A DNA stretch of 64,000 nucleotides from Candidatus Dojkabacteria bacterium. Its GTDB lineage: Bacteria > Patescibacteriota > Dojkabacteria > J137. Under the pieces are notes generated by a model. That model saw only the letters and a program-made list of their open reading frames with translations. It was not told the DNA's origin and did no database searches. Shown here one piece after another: positions 1 through 8,676 of this stretch. Numbering within the stretch: position 1 is the first letter of the stretch; each line of letters starts with the position of its first letter. A program made the translations under genes and the position numbers. The stretch lies in the NCBI GenBank assembly GCA_025999215.1, contig AP024679.1, positions 229,645 through 293,644 on the forward strand. The letters are read 5' to 3'.

Positions 1-90
1 GTTCATTCCATTTTCAATCATTTGTCTCATTACTTCTGGATCCCACGATGATGGGCCGATGGTACATACAATTTTGGTTTTTTTAGTCAT
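1..90 (-). CDS. pyk: pyruvate kinase, N-terminal end; gene continues beyond the window start
   Basis: Minus-strand translation from ATG (revcomp of 88-90) reads MTKKTKIVCTIGPSSWDPEVMRQMIENGMN, the canonical pyruvate kinase N-terminus (KIVCTIGP). It is not in the ORF track because the window edge truncates it. Confidence 0.6.
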   Translation of the reverse strand, partial: MTKKTKIVCTIGPSSWDPEVMRQMIENGMN

Positions 91-208
91 AGATTTATTT
101 TAAAAAATTACAAGTAAGTATACACTATAAATTGATTGAGTTGAAATATTAATCTATGAATTATAAAATTGGCAAATCATCTAAAAGCATTCAAATTATG
201 TAGCTAAA

Positions 209-607
209 ATGTTAGATAAAGAAAGAAATAATTTTCCTGACCATTTGGTTATTTCTGCAAGAATTTCTTATGATTCTCTAAAAAACGCAATTTTAAGTAC
301 CATAACCAAATTTTTTTTGAATTTTACAATATTAGATATAGATTTGAATATTAGTGAAGAAGATAGCTATGTAAAATTTACTCCTCATAGAAATATTTTA
401 GAAGATTTAATAGAAGAATTACTTAAAGAAAAAACACCTGGAGGAAACTATGTTGTTAGCAAAACTTCTATAAGAAACGCTTTAGAAAAGTACATTAGGC
501 TTACAAGCAATCAGTATATAGAAAGTCTTTTTATGCGTCAAGAATGGGTGATTTCAAAGCTGACAGATGCTATCTTTATCGCTTTATACAAATTAAAAAA
601 TAGTTAA
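209..607 (+). CDS. hypothetical protein (132 aa)
   Basis: ORF only; no recognisable motif. Confidence 0.3.
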   Translation: MLDKERNNFPDHLVISARISYDSLKNAILSTITKFFLNFTILDIDLNISEEDSYVKFTPHRNILEDLIEELLKEKTPGGNYVVSKTSIRNALEKYIRLTSNQYIESLFMRQEWVISKLTDAIFIALYKLKNS

Positions 608-1112
608 TAGACTTAGGAATCATATTTTGTTTATGGTGCTGGGCAGGTATTTTAGAAAATGTATCCGATATAAACTATTAGAAAGGTACAAGTAAGCCAA
701 GAATGTAAAAAGTAACTTTAATTTGTAATTAAAAGAAAATAGAGTACATTGCGATAAACCAAATTCCTGCTAAACCAAAAGGTATGATTGCCATAGCTGT
801 TATGTGTCCGTTATCTTTAGCTCCATAAGTATAAATCCATAACCTTTTGAAAAAAGTAGTAAAAATACCAAAAATAAGGGTGCAGAATCTAGCGTGTAAT
901 TAAAAGTATTAAATTTAGAAAATTCATCGCAAACTTTTTCAAAGTTAAGTTATAAATTAATTTGAGTAAAACAATTAAAAATGAACCTACTACAAAGATT
1001 AAAGAGTTAGCTGTAGAAATATTTAAGAATTTGTTATTAATGTAAAGATTGGTTATATTCGCAAATAGCGATCCTTCTGAAGGATCAGTTATACCCAGAA
1101 ATAATAATCCTC

Positions 1113-1475
1113 CTACTCCCCAAGGAACGAAGTTAAGGAGGCTAGAGCAAGACTTAAAAAATTGTTGATACTTGGTAAATCCAAATTTTTTTTGGAATAT
1201 ATTATCTTAAAAAATAGAAAAAATTGTTCACCTATGATTCCAGTAATCATAAAAACCAGAAAAATTTTTATAATCTCGCTATCTTTTTGGATTATACTCC
1301 ATATTATCAATGGAATTACAAAAATGGAGATAAATACGTGATAGTTAAAAATGGAAAATTCAAATCTATAAAGCTTTGGTTTCTTTTTCTTTAATAATCT
1401 TATAAAGTTTACAATTATGAGTATTGCTAAACCACATATCAAACATCCAGTCAAATAAAAAATATAAAAATTCAT
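1113..1475 (-). CDS. hypothetical integral membrane protein; the reading frame probably continues with frameshifts toward about 700
   Basis: Hydrophobic ORF. The minus strand of 700-1112 also translates to membrane-like segments in other frames. Confidence 0.3.
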   Translation of the reverse strand: MNFYIFYLTGCLICGLAILIIVNFIRLLKKKKPKLYRFEFSIFNYHVFISIFVIPLIIWSIIQKDSEIIKIFLVFMITGIIGEQFFLFFKIIYSKKNLDLPSINNFLSLALASLTSFLGE

Positions 1476-1735
1476 AAATGATTTTTTCTCAGAATGGTTT
1501 AAATGTAAAGTTTGTAAGTTAGTTTAGAATCACTAAAACACAAAAAATATTTTTGTAAACATGCTAAGTAAAAACTTAACGTATACTTGAAAGTGTAGAG
1601 AGTTTATCTATTGGTTGCAAAAATTGAAGAAGGTATTTCAAACAATAACTAATGGAAATTATGATTACATATGCTTGACGTATTAGTGTTGTAATCTTTT
1701 GTTAAATGCATTGAGTTCTATTGAAATAAGAATTC

Positions 1736-1764
1736 TTGAAATTTTTTGAGTTCTTTGGTATAAT
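1736..1764 (+). promoter_or_regulatory. sigma-70-like promoter (TTGAAA-17nt-TATAAT) upstream of ORF 1798..2355
   Basis: TTGAAA at 1736-1741, 17-nt spacer, TATAAT at 1759-1764, and the gene start 34 nt downstream. Confidence 0.45.
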
Positions 1765-1797
1765 CCAGCCATTCTTTTATCTTTATTTATTAGCTAT

Positions 1798-2355
1798 ATG
1801 AGTATGGAATATAAGGATATGCAAACAAATCCCGCGGAAAATTATCTTATAAATAATCAACTAGAAATTAGTTTGGAAGATTTTGAAAAATGTTTACTTT
1901 TACCTTTTATTGTCGAAATTTTAAGAAAAGAGAAAGGGCAATCAGACATAGATTTGTTAAAAAATTTTATTAGTAAAAAAGGAGGGATGACATTACCCCC
2001 TCTTTTATCTAAACCTATTCTTTTTCTTTTAAGACAAAGAGGTTTGGAAATAGATTATATGCACGACGAATCTTTAAGTATTTTTACTCCTAATAATATA
2101 GAAAATAATATAGAAAGAGATACCGCAGTACTTAAGGAGCTTATATACTTAGGAAATAAAATTAAAGGTTTTTTAGAAAAAATCTTTTTATATGATAAAC
2201 TTGTGGAAGAATCTTTTAATAACACAATACTTAATATTTGCATTGAATTGTTTTTTGATCGCCCTGAAGAGTACACTCAGGAAACTTCAGGTGCAGAAAG
2301 TATTTTATCAAATTCACGACACGACAGCTCTGTATTGAGTTTTTTACTCAAATAA
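1798..2355 (+). CDS. hypothetical protein (185 aa)
   Basis: ORF with a good upstream promoter; no recognisable domain. Confidence 0.35.
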   Translation: MSMEYKDMQTNPAENYLINNQLEISLEDFEKCLLLPFIVEILRKEKGQSDIDLLKNFISKKGGMTLPPLLSKPILFLLRQRGLEIDYMHDESLSIFTPNNIENNIERDTAVLKELIYLGNKIKGFLEKIFLYDKLVEESFNNTILNICIELFFDRPEEYTQETSGAESILSNSRHDSSVLSFLLK

Positions 2356-2541
2356 GCAGGTTGTTAACAGATTCACCTATAGAAATAAAAACTGATAAGG
2401 AGGGTGTAACAGTAACTATTAATTGGGGAAAGTTAAACAATTTTCCTGGCAATTTGAGGAGAAAACCAAGTGAATCATAAGAACTAAAGATTTGTTTTAA
2501 TTTAACTTTTAAGGTGCCCGGTAAAACAGTGTCCAGTTATT

Positions 2542-2802
2542 GTGATATCTATACTCTCAATATCAAAATTCTTTGTTTTTACAGATTTAATTAAATTTGT
2601 AGGCAGAAGACATCGCAAAATCGGTCTTGCTAATGCAATAATCAAAGCACTTGAAGCAAAAGTAGTAGAGAAGAACTACGAGAAAGTTTATATACACACC
2701 GATTTATCAAAGCCAGATGTTTTGAGGTTTTGGAAAAATAGAAGTTACTCCACTTTTGAAACGGAGAGATATGTGGTTCATATGATTAAAGATCTTGCAT
2801 AG
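2542..2802 (+). CDS. GNAT-family acetyltransferase, C-terminal fragment (possibly truncated or frameshifted)
   Basis: RRHRKIGLANAII resembles the GNAT motif A (R/Q-x-x-G-x-G/A). At 86 aa it is too short for a full GNAT domain. Upstream sequence in other frames could hold the N-terminal part. Confidence 0.35.
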   Translation: MISILSISKFFVFTDLIKFVGRRHRKIGLANAIIKALEAKVVEKNYEKVYIHTDLSKPDVLRFWKNRSYSTFETERYVVHMIKDLA

Positions 2803-3820
2803 AACAAAAATTTTCAATTGTTTTTTTAGTTTTTGGCCAAAAATTAGTAATGCCGGCGTTTCTGCCGTAAAGTTTGTATCCAGCATTTACTGGTCTCCCA
2901 CCAATTTTATTGCCTGGTTCAGGTACTATAAAGCGTGTATTTCCTTTTAAATAGCTCACTAGAGCTAACACTATTCCATGTAAAAGCTCGTGAAATGTTA
3001 CAACTTGCCTGGTTGTATGAACGTAGACCTCTTGATATAAAAATTCTTTAACATTTTCAATTGTATATGATATCGCTTGTATGTTTTTTGTGTTTTTTGA
3101 ATTAAAATTGTGATGTTTAAAAGTTTCAAATACTACTTTATCCAAATAACCTCTGTATGGCTCTATTAGATCATATACAAGTGAAGGGTATTCTGTAGGT
3201 GTATGAATGAAGCCATGATATGGGCTTAAATTATGGTAATGAATCCATCTTAATATTATGCTAGATACAAACTTTGATACAGCATCAAGCGTTGCTCCGA
3301 TTAAATTTTCGGAATCTTTTTTTCTTCTAGTAGTATTGTAAAAACCAAGTGTTTTGTAGTATTTTTCCCAGTAATTTTTGGAGTGCCACGCTTCAACATT
3401 TACAATATCTTTAATATCAGTTAATCCTTTAAGGCTATAGGCAGGTTCATTAATTAGCCACTTCATAGAATTAAATTTTGCTTTGATTAGTTTTCTTGCA
3501 ATGTATGCTTTCTTTTTTTTATTTATTCTAAAAGTGATTTGTTTAGTCAAGATATCTTCCTTTCCTGTGGTAACATTTGGTGTTATAACTACAGCTCTAT
3601 GCATGTTTCTTCTGTGAATTACGATTGATACTTTTCTTTTTACACAGTTTTCTAAAAACCCTTGTTCTAGTGGGCATACACTTCCATAAAACATTATAGA
3701 GTGAATGTTATCATAGTTAATTTTTAAATCTCCTCCTTTATAGTGAAAGTGTACAGAATTTTTATTTGTAGCAATTTTATTTGTGTAAGGTAGCCATAAA
3801 TAATCTTTATTTTTTTTCAT
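2786..3820 (-). CDS. cas1: CRISPR-associated endonuclease Cas1 (belongs to the type V-D-like locus)
   Basis: 344 aa with a Cas1-like layout: a basic helix ARKLIKAKF, then NLIGATLDAVSK, then HGFIHT...SLVYDLIEPYR, which resembles the conserved Cas1 GF(L)H...DLMEPFR catalytic region. It sits directly next to the CRISPR array. Confidence 0.85.
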   Translation of the reverse strand: MKKNKDYLWLPYTNKIATNKNSVHFHYKGGDLKINYDNIHSIMFYGSVCPLEQGFLENCVKRKVSIVIHRRNMHRAVVITPNVTTGKEDILTKQITFRINKKKKAYIARKLIKAKFNSMKWLINEPAYSLKGLTDIKDIVNVEAWHSKNYWEKYYKTLGFYNTTRRKKDSENLIGATLDAVSKFVSSIILRWIHYHNLSPYHGFIHTPTEYPSLVYDLIEPYRGYLDKVVFETFKHHNFNSKNTKNIQAISYTIENVKEFLYQEVYVHTTRQVVTFHELLHGIVLALVSYLKGNTRFIVPEPGNKIGGRPVNAGYKLYGRNAGITNFWPKTKKTIENFCSMQDL

Positions 3821-3922
3821 GTTTAGTTTAAAATATCTACAAATAATTCTTTAATTAAGTATAGATTTTGCATATATATTATTGCACTTTAACATTAAAC
3901 ACAAATTAATTTCGGATAAAGT

Positions 3923-4468
3923 CACCGAAATTATTGGTGATGAAGGCAGTAAAAAGTCTTTCAGTTCACCGAAATTATTGGTGATGAAGGCGGCGATAAA
4001 GTAAGGTGGACACCGAAATTATTGGTGATGAAGGCCCTGATACTTCATCTTTCGCACCGAAATTATTGGTGATGAAGGCAAAAGGGTGTTAGATTTGAAC
4101 ACCGAAATTATTGGTGATGAAGGCAAAGTTGTAAAACTCATTCACCGAAATTATTGGTGATGAAGGCGAAAAATTCATACATTAGCACCGAAATTATTGG
4201 TGATGAAGGCAATTCCCGTAATTGTGTTCACCGAAATTATTGGTGATGAAGGCATAAAGCTGTTGCCGTTACACCGAAATTATTGGTGATGAAGGCGTAA
4301 AAGAAGGTATTTTGCACCGAAATTATTGGTGATGAAGGCTTGTCTGTCTCCGAAAGCGCACCGAAATTATTGGTGATGAAGGCACGCCGAGATGTGATTT
4401 CACCGAAATTATTGGTGATGAAGGCAAGGGCTTTCTTCAACATCACCAAAATTAAAAGGGTTTCCGGT
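3923..4468. CRISPR. CRISPR array: 12 x 25-nt repeats CACCGAAATTATTGGTGATGAAGGC plus one degenerate terminal repeat (4444-4468); 12 spacers of 17-20 nt
   Basis: I located every repeat by hand. Repeat starts are 3923, 3967, 4011, 4055, 4100, 4143, 4186, 4229, 4272, 4315, 4359 and 4401. Spacer lengths are 19, 19, 19, 20, 18, 18, 18, 18, 18, 19, 17 and 18 nt. The terminal copy CACCAAAATTAAAAGGGTTTCCGGT is degenerate. The repeat can form a CACC/GGTG mini-hairpin. Confidence 0.92.
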
Positions 4469-4531
4469 ATGTTAGAGATAACATACATTAGCCTTACCCA
4501 TTTCGAAATTATTTGTGTTTTTTGTTAAAAT

Positions 4532-7500
4532 TTGTTAATGAAGAAAAAATATAAAAAACATAAGGGAATAACTGGATATACCCTTCACAATAAAAGACTT
4601 GTATACACTGGTAACCCAAGTATTCGATCAGTTAAATTACCTCTACTTTACAATGGTGATTCTCAGATTATTCAAAATTTCTATGAATCAATGATTCATG
4701 ATTACGAAAAGCTTAATGGCGCTATTAATATTTCAACTTTTATCAAAGATAAAAATATCTATAGCCTTATAGATTTTTGGTTAGATAGCCTGAGACTTGG
4801 AGTAATATTTGGAAGTTCTTTCAAAAGTTTACAAGGTACCATAAATGAAATTTTTGGTACACGCGGTCCTTATGATGAAATACTCAGTAAGATTCCTCAA
4901 GAATTTAGAAATGAAATAAACTTTGATATTTTTGTTAAAGAAATTTTGCAAAAACAAGGAATGAGAAGCACTTCAAGCAAGAACAGTTTTATAAAAAAAT
5001 TAAAAAGATCGTTTGGTATAGATGAAAATTCACCAGATGATCAAATCCCTACACAAAAAAAATTTGTGATGGATAAAATTAATAAAATTGCCGACAGAAT
5101 GTTCCCAGTTGATAACAATTATAAGGTAGTAGATATTCAAACTCAAAGATTAATATGGAAGGAAGAGTTAAATATAGAATTTTCTGATTCAGACAAATCT
5201 GACTATAAACCAACTTTTTACATCATTCCCAGTTTGGTTGATAAAAATACTAAAGATTTTTCTAAAATCTCGCCGATTGAGGTTTTAAATAAACTTAGAA
5301 ATTTTGTAAAAGAAACATGGAATTATTCCGAAAATGATGAAAAAGAAATAACTTCTCAAGTAAAAAGCCTTGCTGGATTGTCCGAAAACTTTAATGCATT
5401 TTCAAATTATTTCAACAATATTTTTAATTTGTTGTTTGATGGGAATATAGAAGCGGTAAAAGATAATTTAAATGCCGTTTTTGAACTTGAAAAAGCTTGG
5501 GGCGATAATATTGCTGATTTAGATGAAAGATTAAATTATTTGGCAAATCAGGCTCAAAAATTAGGAAAACCCAAAATGCAAAATAATTGGGATACATATA
5601 GATCAACTTTTGGAGGTAAACTTCAAAGCTGGTTTTCAAATCTTTTAAACCAAGAAAATGAAATTAGAAACCAGTTAGAAAAACATAAAAAAGAAATAGA
5701 AGTAGCTATAAAGTTTATAGAAAAGCATGATGAAAATTCTCCAATTCTTCAAGATTTGGATCAGTTAAAACGAATTGTTCAAGAAACTATAAACTCAGGA
5801 AATATATTCGAGGCAGAAACAAAAATTAACCTATACAGACAACTCCTTGCGAAGTTTCGCTCGGATTTTAATCAATTTTACCAACGGCACAACAAAGACG
5901 ATGATGACAATAAAGACTTAAAAATTAACAAGGCTTATCCTAATTTATTTAAAAATCTTAGAGTAACTCCAGAATTTTTTGGTGGCTCTAAATACAAAGA
6001 ATACTCAAAGTACGTAGATAAAACTTTTGATATCATCACACAAGGAATTAATATGGTATTGCAAATAGAAGAATCTTTGATTAATAAAATAGATAAAAAA
6101 AATCTCGAAATAGAAAAAGAATATTTTTGTAAACAATTACAATCTTTAAAAAATAAAATAACTACAGAATCTTTATTAGACAAAGATATCAGAATAGAAG
6201 TAGAATCAATTATCAAAAAATATTATGAGTCCAAAGATAAGTTGCCAGATAAATTTGAAGCTTTCTACATCAGTCCTTACTCCAGAGACAAAAGGCTTAA
6301 ATTGATACCGATTTCAGATGATTTGAATTTCGCTTCACAACTACTTGACATACATACCGGGTTAAACAAATTTGATGTTACTAAATTTGGTTTGGATTTT
6401 AAAAAATATTTATCTTACATTGAAATTTTAAAAATTAGATTTGGTTGGATTTTAAAAATGAGCCAAAATCCTACTATAGATGTTTCAGATCTTAAATATG
6501 ATTTATCGAACTTTGAAAATGCTCAAACTTATGTAGATTACTTCGGTAGCAAAATTGAAGATATTGGAAAATTTGTAAATAGCTTCATATTTAGCGAAAT
6601 AAAAGGTGCAATATCAAAAGCAACAAGAAAAGAATTTGTTGAAAGATATGTTATCCAATTTATGGACAGCGAACAAAGGGGCTTAAAATTAACTTATGTG
6701 CCTAAAATAATAAATTCAAAGCCTGTTTCACTACCTAAGACAGTAAGCTTACCTTCAAATGCTGATGAATTATTACAAGATCCCAAAAATGACAAATTGT
6801 TTTTTTATCCTCATAGATGGAAAGTTTTGTTTGACTTTGCATCAATTAAAACAGAATCAACAGAAAATAAACCTAATGCTTTGGTATTTACTTCAAAAAA
6901 CGATTTTAAAAATCCAAAAAAAGTCTATGTTGATGATGAAAATTCCTTTGATATTACTACATCAAAATACCAAATTCACTTTTTAGACAGGCTTCTTTAT
7001 CAAACAAAAAAATGGCGGCAAACTAAAGTGGAGTTTAGCTCGCCTTTTTTAATTTTGGAAGTTACAAGCAAAGTAACTTGGGATTCTCAAACAAAAAAAC
7101 CAATACTCAAACCCAAATCTAACTCAGCAAAACAAGGTGTTCGACTTTTTATAAATTACCCGATCAATTTAAAAACTTTACCAAAAAGCAAAGAAAACAA
7201 ACAAAGTAATATTTATTTGGGAATTGATACTGGAGAATACGGACTAGCTTGGGTAGCTGTTGATTTTTCAGAAAGATTAGCACCTAAAATTTTAGATAAA
7301 GGCTTTATTTATGACGATTCACTAAGAAAAATACAAGATAGAGTAGATGAGATTAAAGATGCTCAAGTTAAAGGAACATTTGGTATTCCTAGTACCAAAC
7401 TTGCCAGAATTAGACAACACACAATTACTACTTTGCGAAATAAAGTTCATGATTTACTATTAAAATACAATGCTAAAGTAATCTACGAGTACTCAATTTC

Positions 7501-8170
7501 CAATTTTGAAACAGGTAGCAATAGAGTTGCTAAAATTTATAGGAGTATTAAGGTCTCAGACGTTTATGCCGAAACAGAGGCTGACAAATTAGTTAAAAAA
7601 CTTGTTTGGGGTAATGCCAATTTGTTACTTGGTAATCATATTTCAGCTTATGCCACTAGCTACACTTGTAGCAAATGTAGAAGATCAATATATTTTGAAA
7701 AAGGTGATAAAAATATTGTAGAAGAAAAACAAGGTTCTTTGATTAAAGTAAAAATAAACGAAAATCTGTATGTTTGGGGATATTCAGCAGATAAAAATAT
7801 TCATAAAGGGAGTATTATAAACAGTAGAGAGCTAATTAATATTGTTAAAAAATATGCTAGACCACCACAAAACTCAGAAGCTTTAAAAAAATTTAATATA
7901 CAAGCCGAACAGTTTTATGAAAATAGAGGAGCCAGCGCAATATTCATTTGCCCTTATGATGACTGTAATCATTTATCGGATGCCGATATTCAGGCTGCGC
8001 TCAACATTGCTATAAAGGGTTATGTATCTGACCAAATAGGGAAGAAAAATACTGAAAAAGATGATGATAAAAAATTAAAGTTTTATTTAGAATATTTAGA
8101 TGAAATTAAAGAAAAACATCCGGTAATCTCATTAGAAGATGTAACAGAAAATCGGGGAGACAGGACTTGA
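4532..8170 (+). CDS. cas12d: Cas12-family type V effector, most consistent with Cas12d (CasY); 1212 aa (the ATG at 4538 is the likely true start)
   Basis: C-terminal third carries a split RuvC nuclease: RuvC-I LGIDTGEYGLAWVAV (D codon 7226-7228), RuvC-II KVIYEYSISNF (E codon 7487-7489), RuvC-III SDADIQAALNIAIKG (7979-8020). A roughly 150-aa insert lies between RuvC-II and RuvC-III and contains a CSKC (7667-7678) ... CPYDDC (7949-7966) zinc finger, which is the Cas12 Nuc/TNB arrangement. There is a large N-terminal region of about 880 aa with no recognisable motif. The neighbours are Cas1 and a short-spacer array, and there is no Cas2 or Cas4. Confidence 0.75.
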   Translation: MLMKKKYKKHKGITGYTLHNKRLVYTGNPSIRSVKLPLLYNGDSQIIQNFYESMIHDYEKLNGAINISTFIKDKNIYSLIDFWLDSLRLGVIFGSSFKSLQGTINEIFGTRGPYDEILSKIPQEFRNEINFDIFVKEILQKQGMRSTSSKNSFIKKLKRSFGIDENSPDDQIPTQKKFVMDKINKIADRMFPVDNNYKVVDIQTQRLIWKEELNIEFSDSDKSDYKPTFYIIPSLVDKNTKDFSKISPIEVLNKLRNFVKETWNYSENDEKEITSQVKSLAGLSENFNAFSNYFNNIFNLLFDGNIEAVKDNLNAVFELEKAWGDNIADLDERLNYLANQAQKLGKPKMQNNWDTYRSTFGGKLQSWFSNLLNQENEIRNQLEKHKKEIEVAIKFIEKHDENSPILQDLDQLKRIVQETINSGNIFEAETKINLYRQLLAKFRSDFNQFYQRHNKDDDDNKDLKINKAYPNLFKNLRVTPEFFGGSKYKEYSKYVDKTFDIITQGINMVLQIEESLINKIDKKNLEIEKEYFCKQLQSLKNKITTESLLDKDIRIEVESIIKKYYESKDKLPDKFEAFYISPYSRDKRLKLIPISDDLNFASQLLDIHTGLNKFDVTKFGLDFKKYLSYIEILKIRFGWILKMSQNPTIDVSDLKYDLSNFENAQTYVDYFGSKIEDIGKFVNSFIFSEIKGAISKATRKEFVERYVIQFMDSEQRGLKLTYVPKIINSKPVSLPKTVSLPSNADELLQDPKNDKLFFYPHRWKVLFDFASIKTESTENKPNALVFTSKNDFKNPKKVYVDDENSFDITTSKYQIHFLDRLLYQTKKWRQTKVEFSSPFLILEVTSKVTWDSQTKKPILKPKSNSAKQGVRLFINYPINLKTLPKSKENKQSNIYLGIDTGEYGLAWVAVDFSERLAPKILDKGFIYDDSLRKIQDRVDEIKDAQVKGTFGIPSTKLARIRQHTITTLRNKVHDLLLKYNAKVIYEYSISNFETGSNRVAKIYRSIKVSDVYAETEADKLVKKLVWGNANLLLGNHISAYATSYTCSKCRRSIYFEKGDKNIVEEKQGSLIKVKINENLYVWGYSADKNIHKGSIINSRELINIVKKYARPPQNSEALKKFNIQAEQFYENRGASAIFICPYDDCNHLSDADIQAALNIAIKGYVSDQIGKKNTEKDDDKKLKFYLEYLDEIKEKHPVISLEDVTENRGDRT

Positions 8171-8225
8171 ACCTGCAACCTCACGGTCCCAAACCGTGCG
8201 TTCTAGCCAATTGAACTACTCCCCG
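8152..8225 (-). tRNA. tRNA-Pro (anticodon UGG)
   Basis: The minus strand folds as a cloverleaf: acceptor CGGGGAG/CTCCCCG with the bacterial tRNA-Pro-specific C1:G72 pair and A73, D-stem GTTC/GAAC, anticodon stem CACGG/CCGTG, loop TTTGGGA (anticodon TGG), T-arm GCAGG-TTCAAGT-CCTGT. CCA is not encoded. The 3' part overlaps the last 19 nt of cas12d. Confidence 0.8.
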
Positions 8226-8278
8226 TAGAGTAGTTACTAGCTAATTCTAACATTTTCTGAAAATTTTTGCTACTAAAT

Positions 8279-8656
8279 TTATTCCAGCAACTCTAACCCT
8301 CCGATATCACTATAAGTTTCTTTTCTGTTGGTTAGTAGTGGAGTAGAAGAGTTAATAGCTGTTGCCGCAACCAATGCATGGGCAAGAGTGATTTTTTCTT
8401 TTTTTTGGCGGATTATCCTTGCTGCAAGCAAAGCAATCTCTTCATTTATAACTTGGGTAACAAAATACTCTTTGAGAAAATTCATTACTTCTTTTTCTAA
8501 ATAATCTTCCGAAAAAGTCGTGCTCGCTAATATCTCGGTATATGTTGAAGGAGCAATCACCATGTCATATTTTTCGTAGGCATCAACCAGCTTACCTTCA
8601 CCAGTTTTCAAATATTCAATTATTACATCCGAATCTACTGTAATTGTATTTTTCAT
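8279..8656 (-). CDS. vapC: PIN-domain toxin (VapC-like)
   Basis: 125 aa. It has the N-terminal acidic motif ITVDSDVIIEYL and internal D/E residues typical of PIN nucleases, and it lies immediately downstream of a small antitoxin-like gene. Confidence 0.65.
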   Translation of the reverse strand: MKNTITVDSDVIIEYLKTGEGKLVDAYEKYDMVIAPSTYTEILASTTFSEDYLEKEVMNFLKEYFVTQVINEEIALLAARIIRQKKEKITLAHALVAATAINSSTPLLTNRKETYSDIGGLELLE

Positions 8657-8676
8657 AATTTTTTAATTTAAAAATA

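Noticed and set aside
2542-2802. Small ORF just upstream of cas1 as a possible Cas2
   Set aside because: The sequence has a GNAT motif-A-like segment rather than the Cas2 beta1-D...YSV pattern. V-D loci are in any case expected to lack cas2.
4237-4528. ORFs 4237..4488 (-) and 4340..4528 (+) with internally repetitive peptides (AFITNNFG x3; KLLVMKAR x2)
   Set aside because: They lie entirely within the CRISPR array. The peptide repeats are just translated CRISPR repeats.
5424-6986. Small ORFs 5424..5639 (-), 5935..6216 (-) and 6759..6986 (+)
   Set aside because: They are embedded in or antisense to the 1212-aa cas12d reading frame and have AT-rich, low-complexity composition, so they are spurious.
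4532-8170. 1212-aa RuvC protein as an IS605/IS607 TnpB or other transposon-encoded nuclease
   Set aside because: It is about three times TnpB size, no TnpA or inverted-repeat ends are visible, and it is directly adjacent to cas1 and a CRISPR array with its own repeat type.
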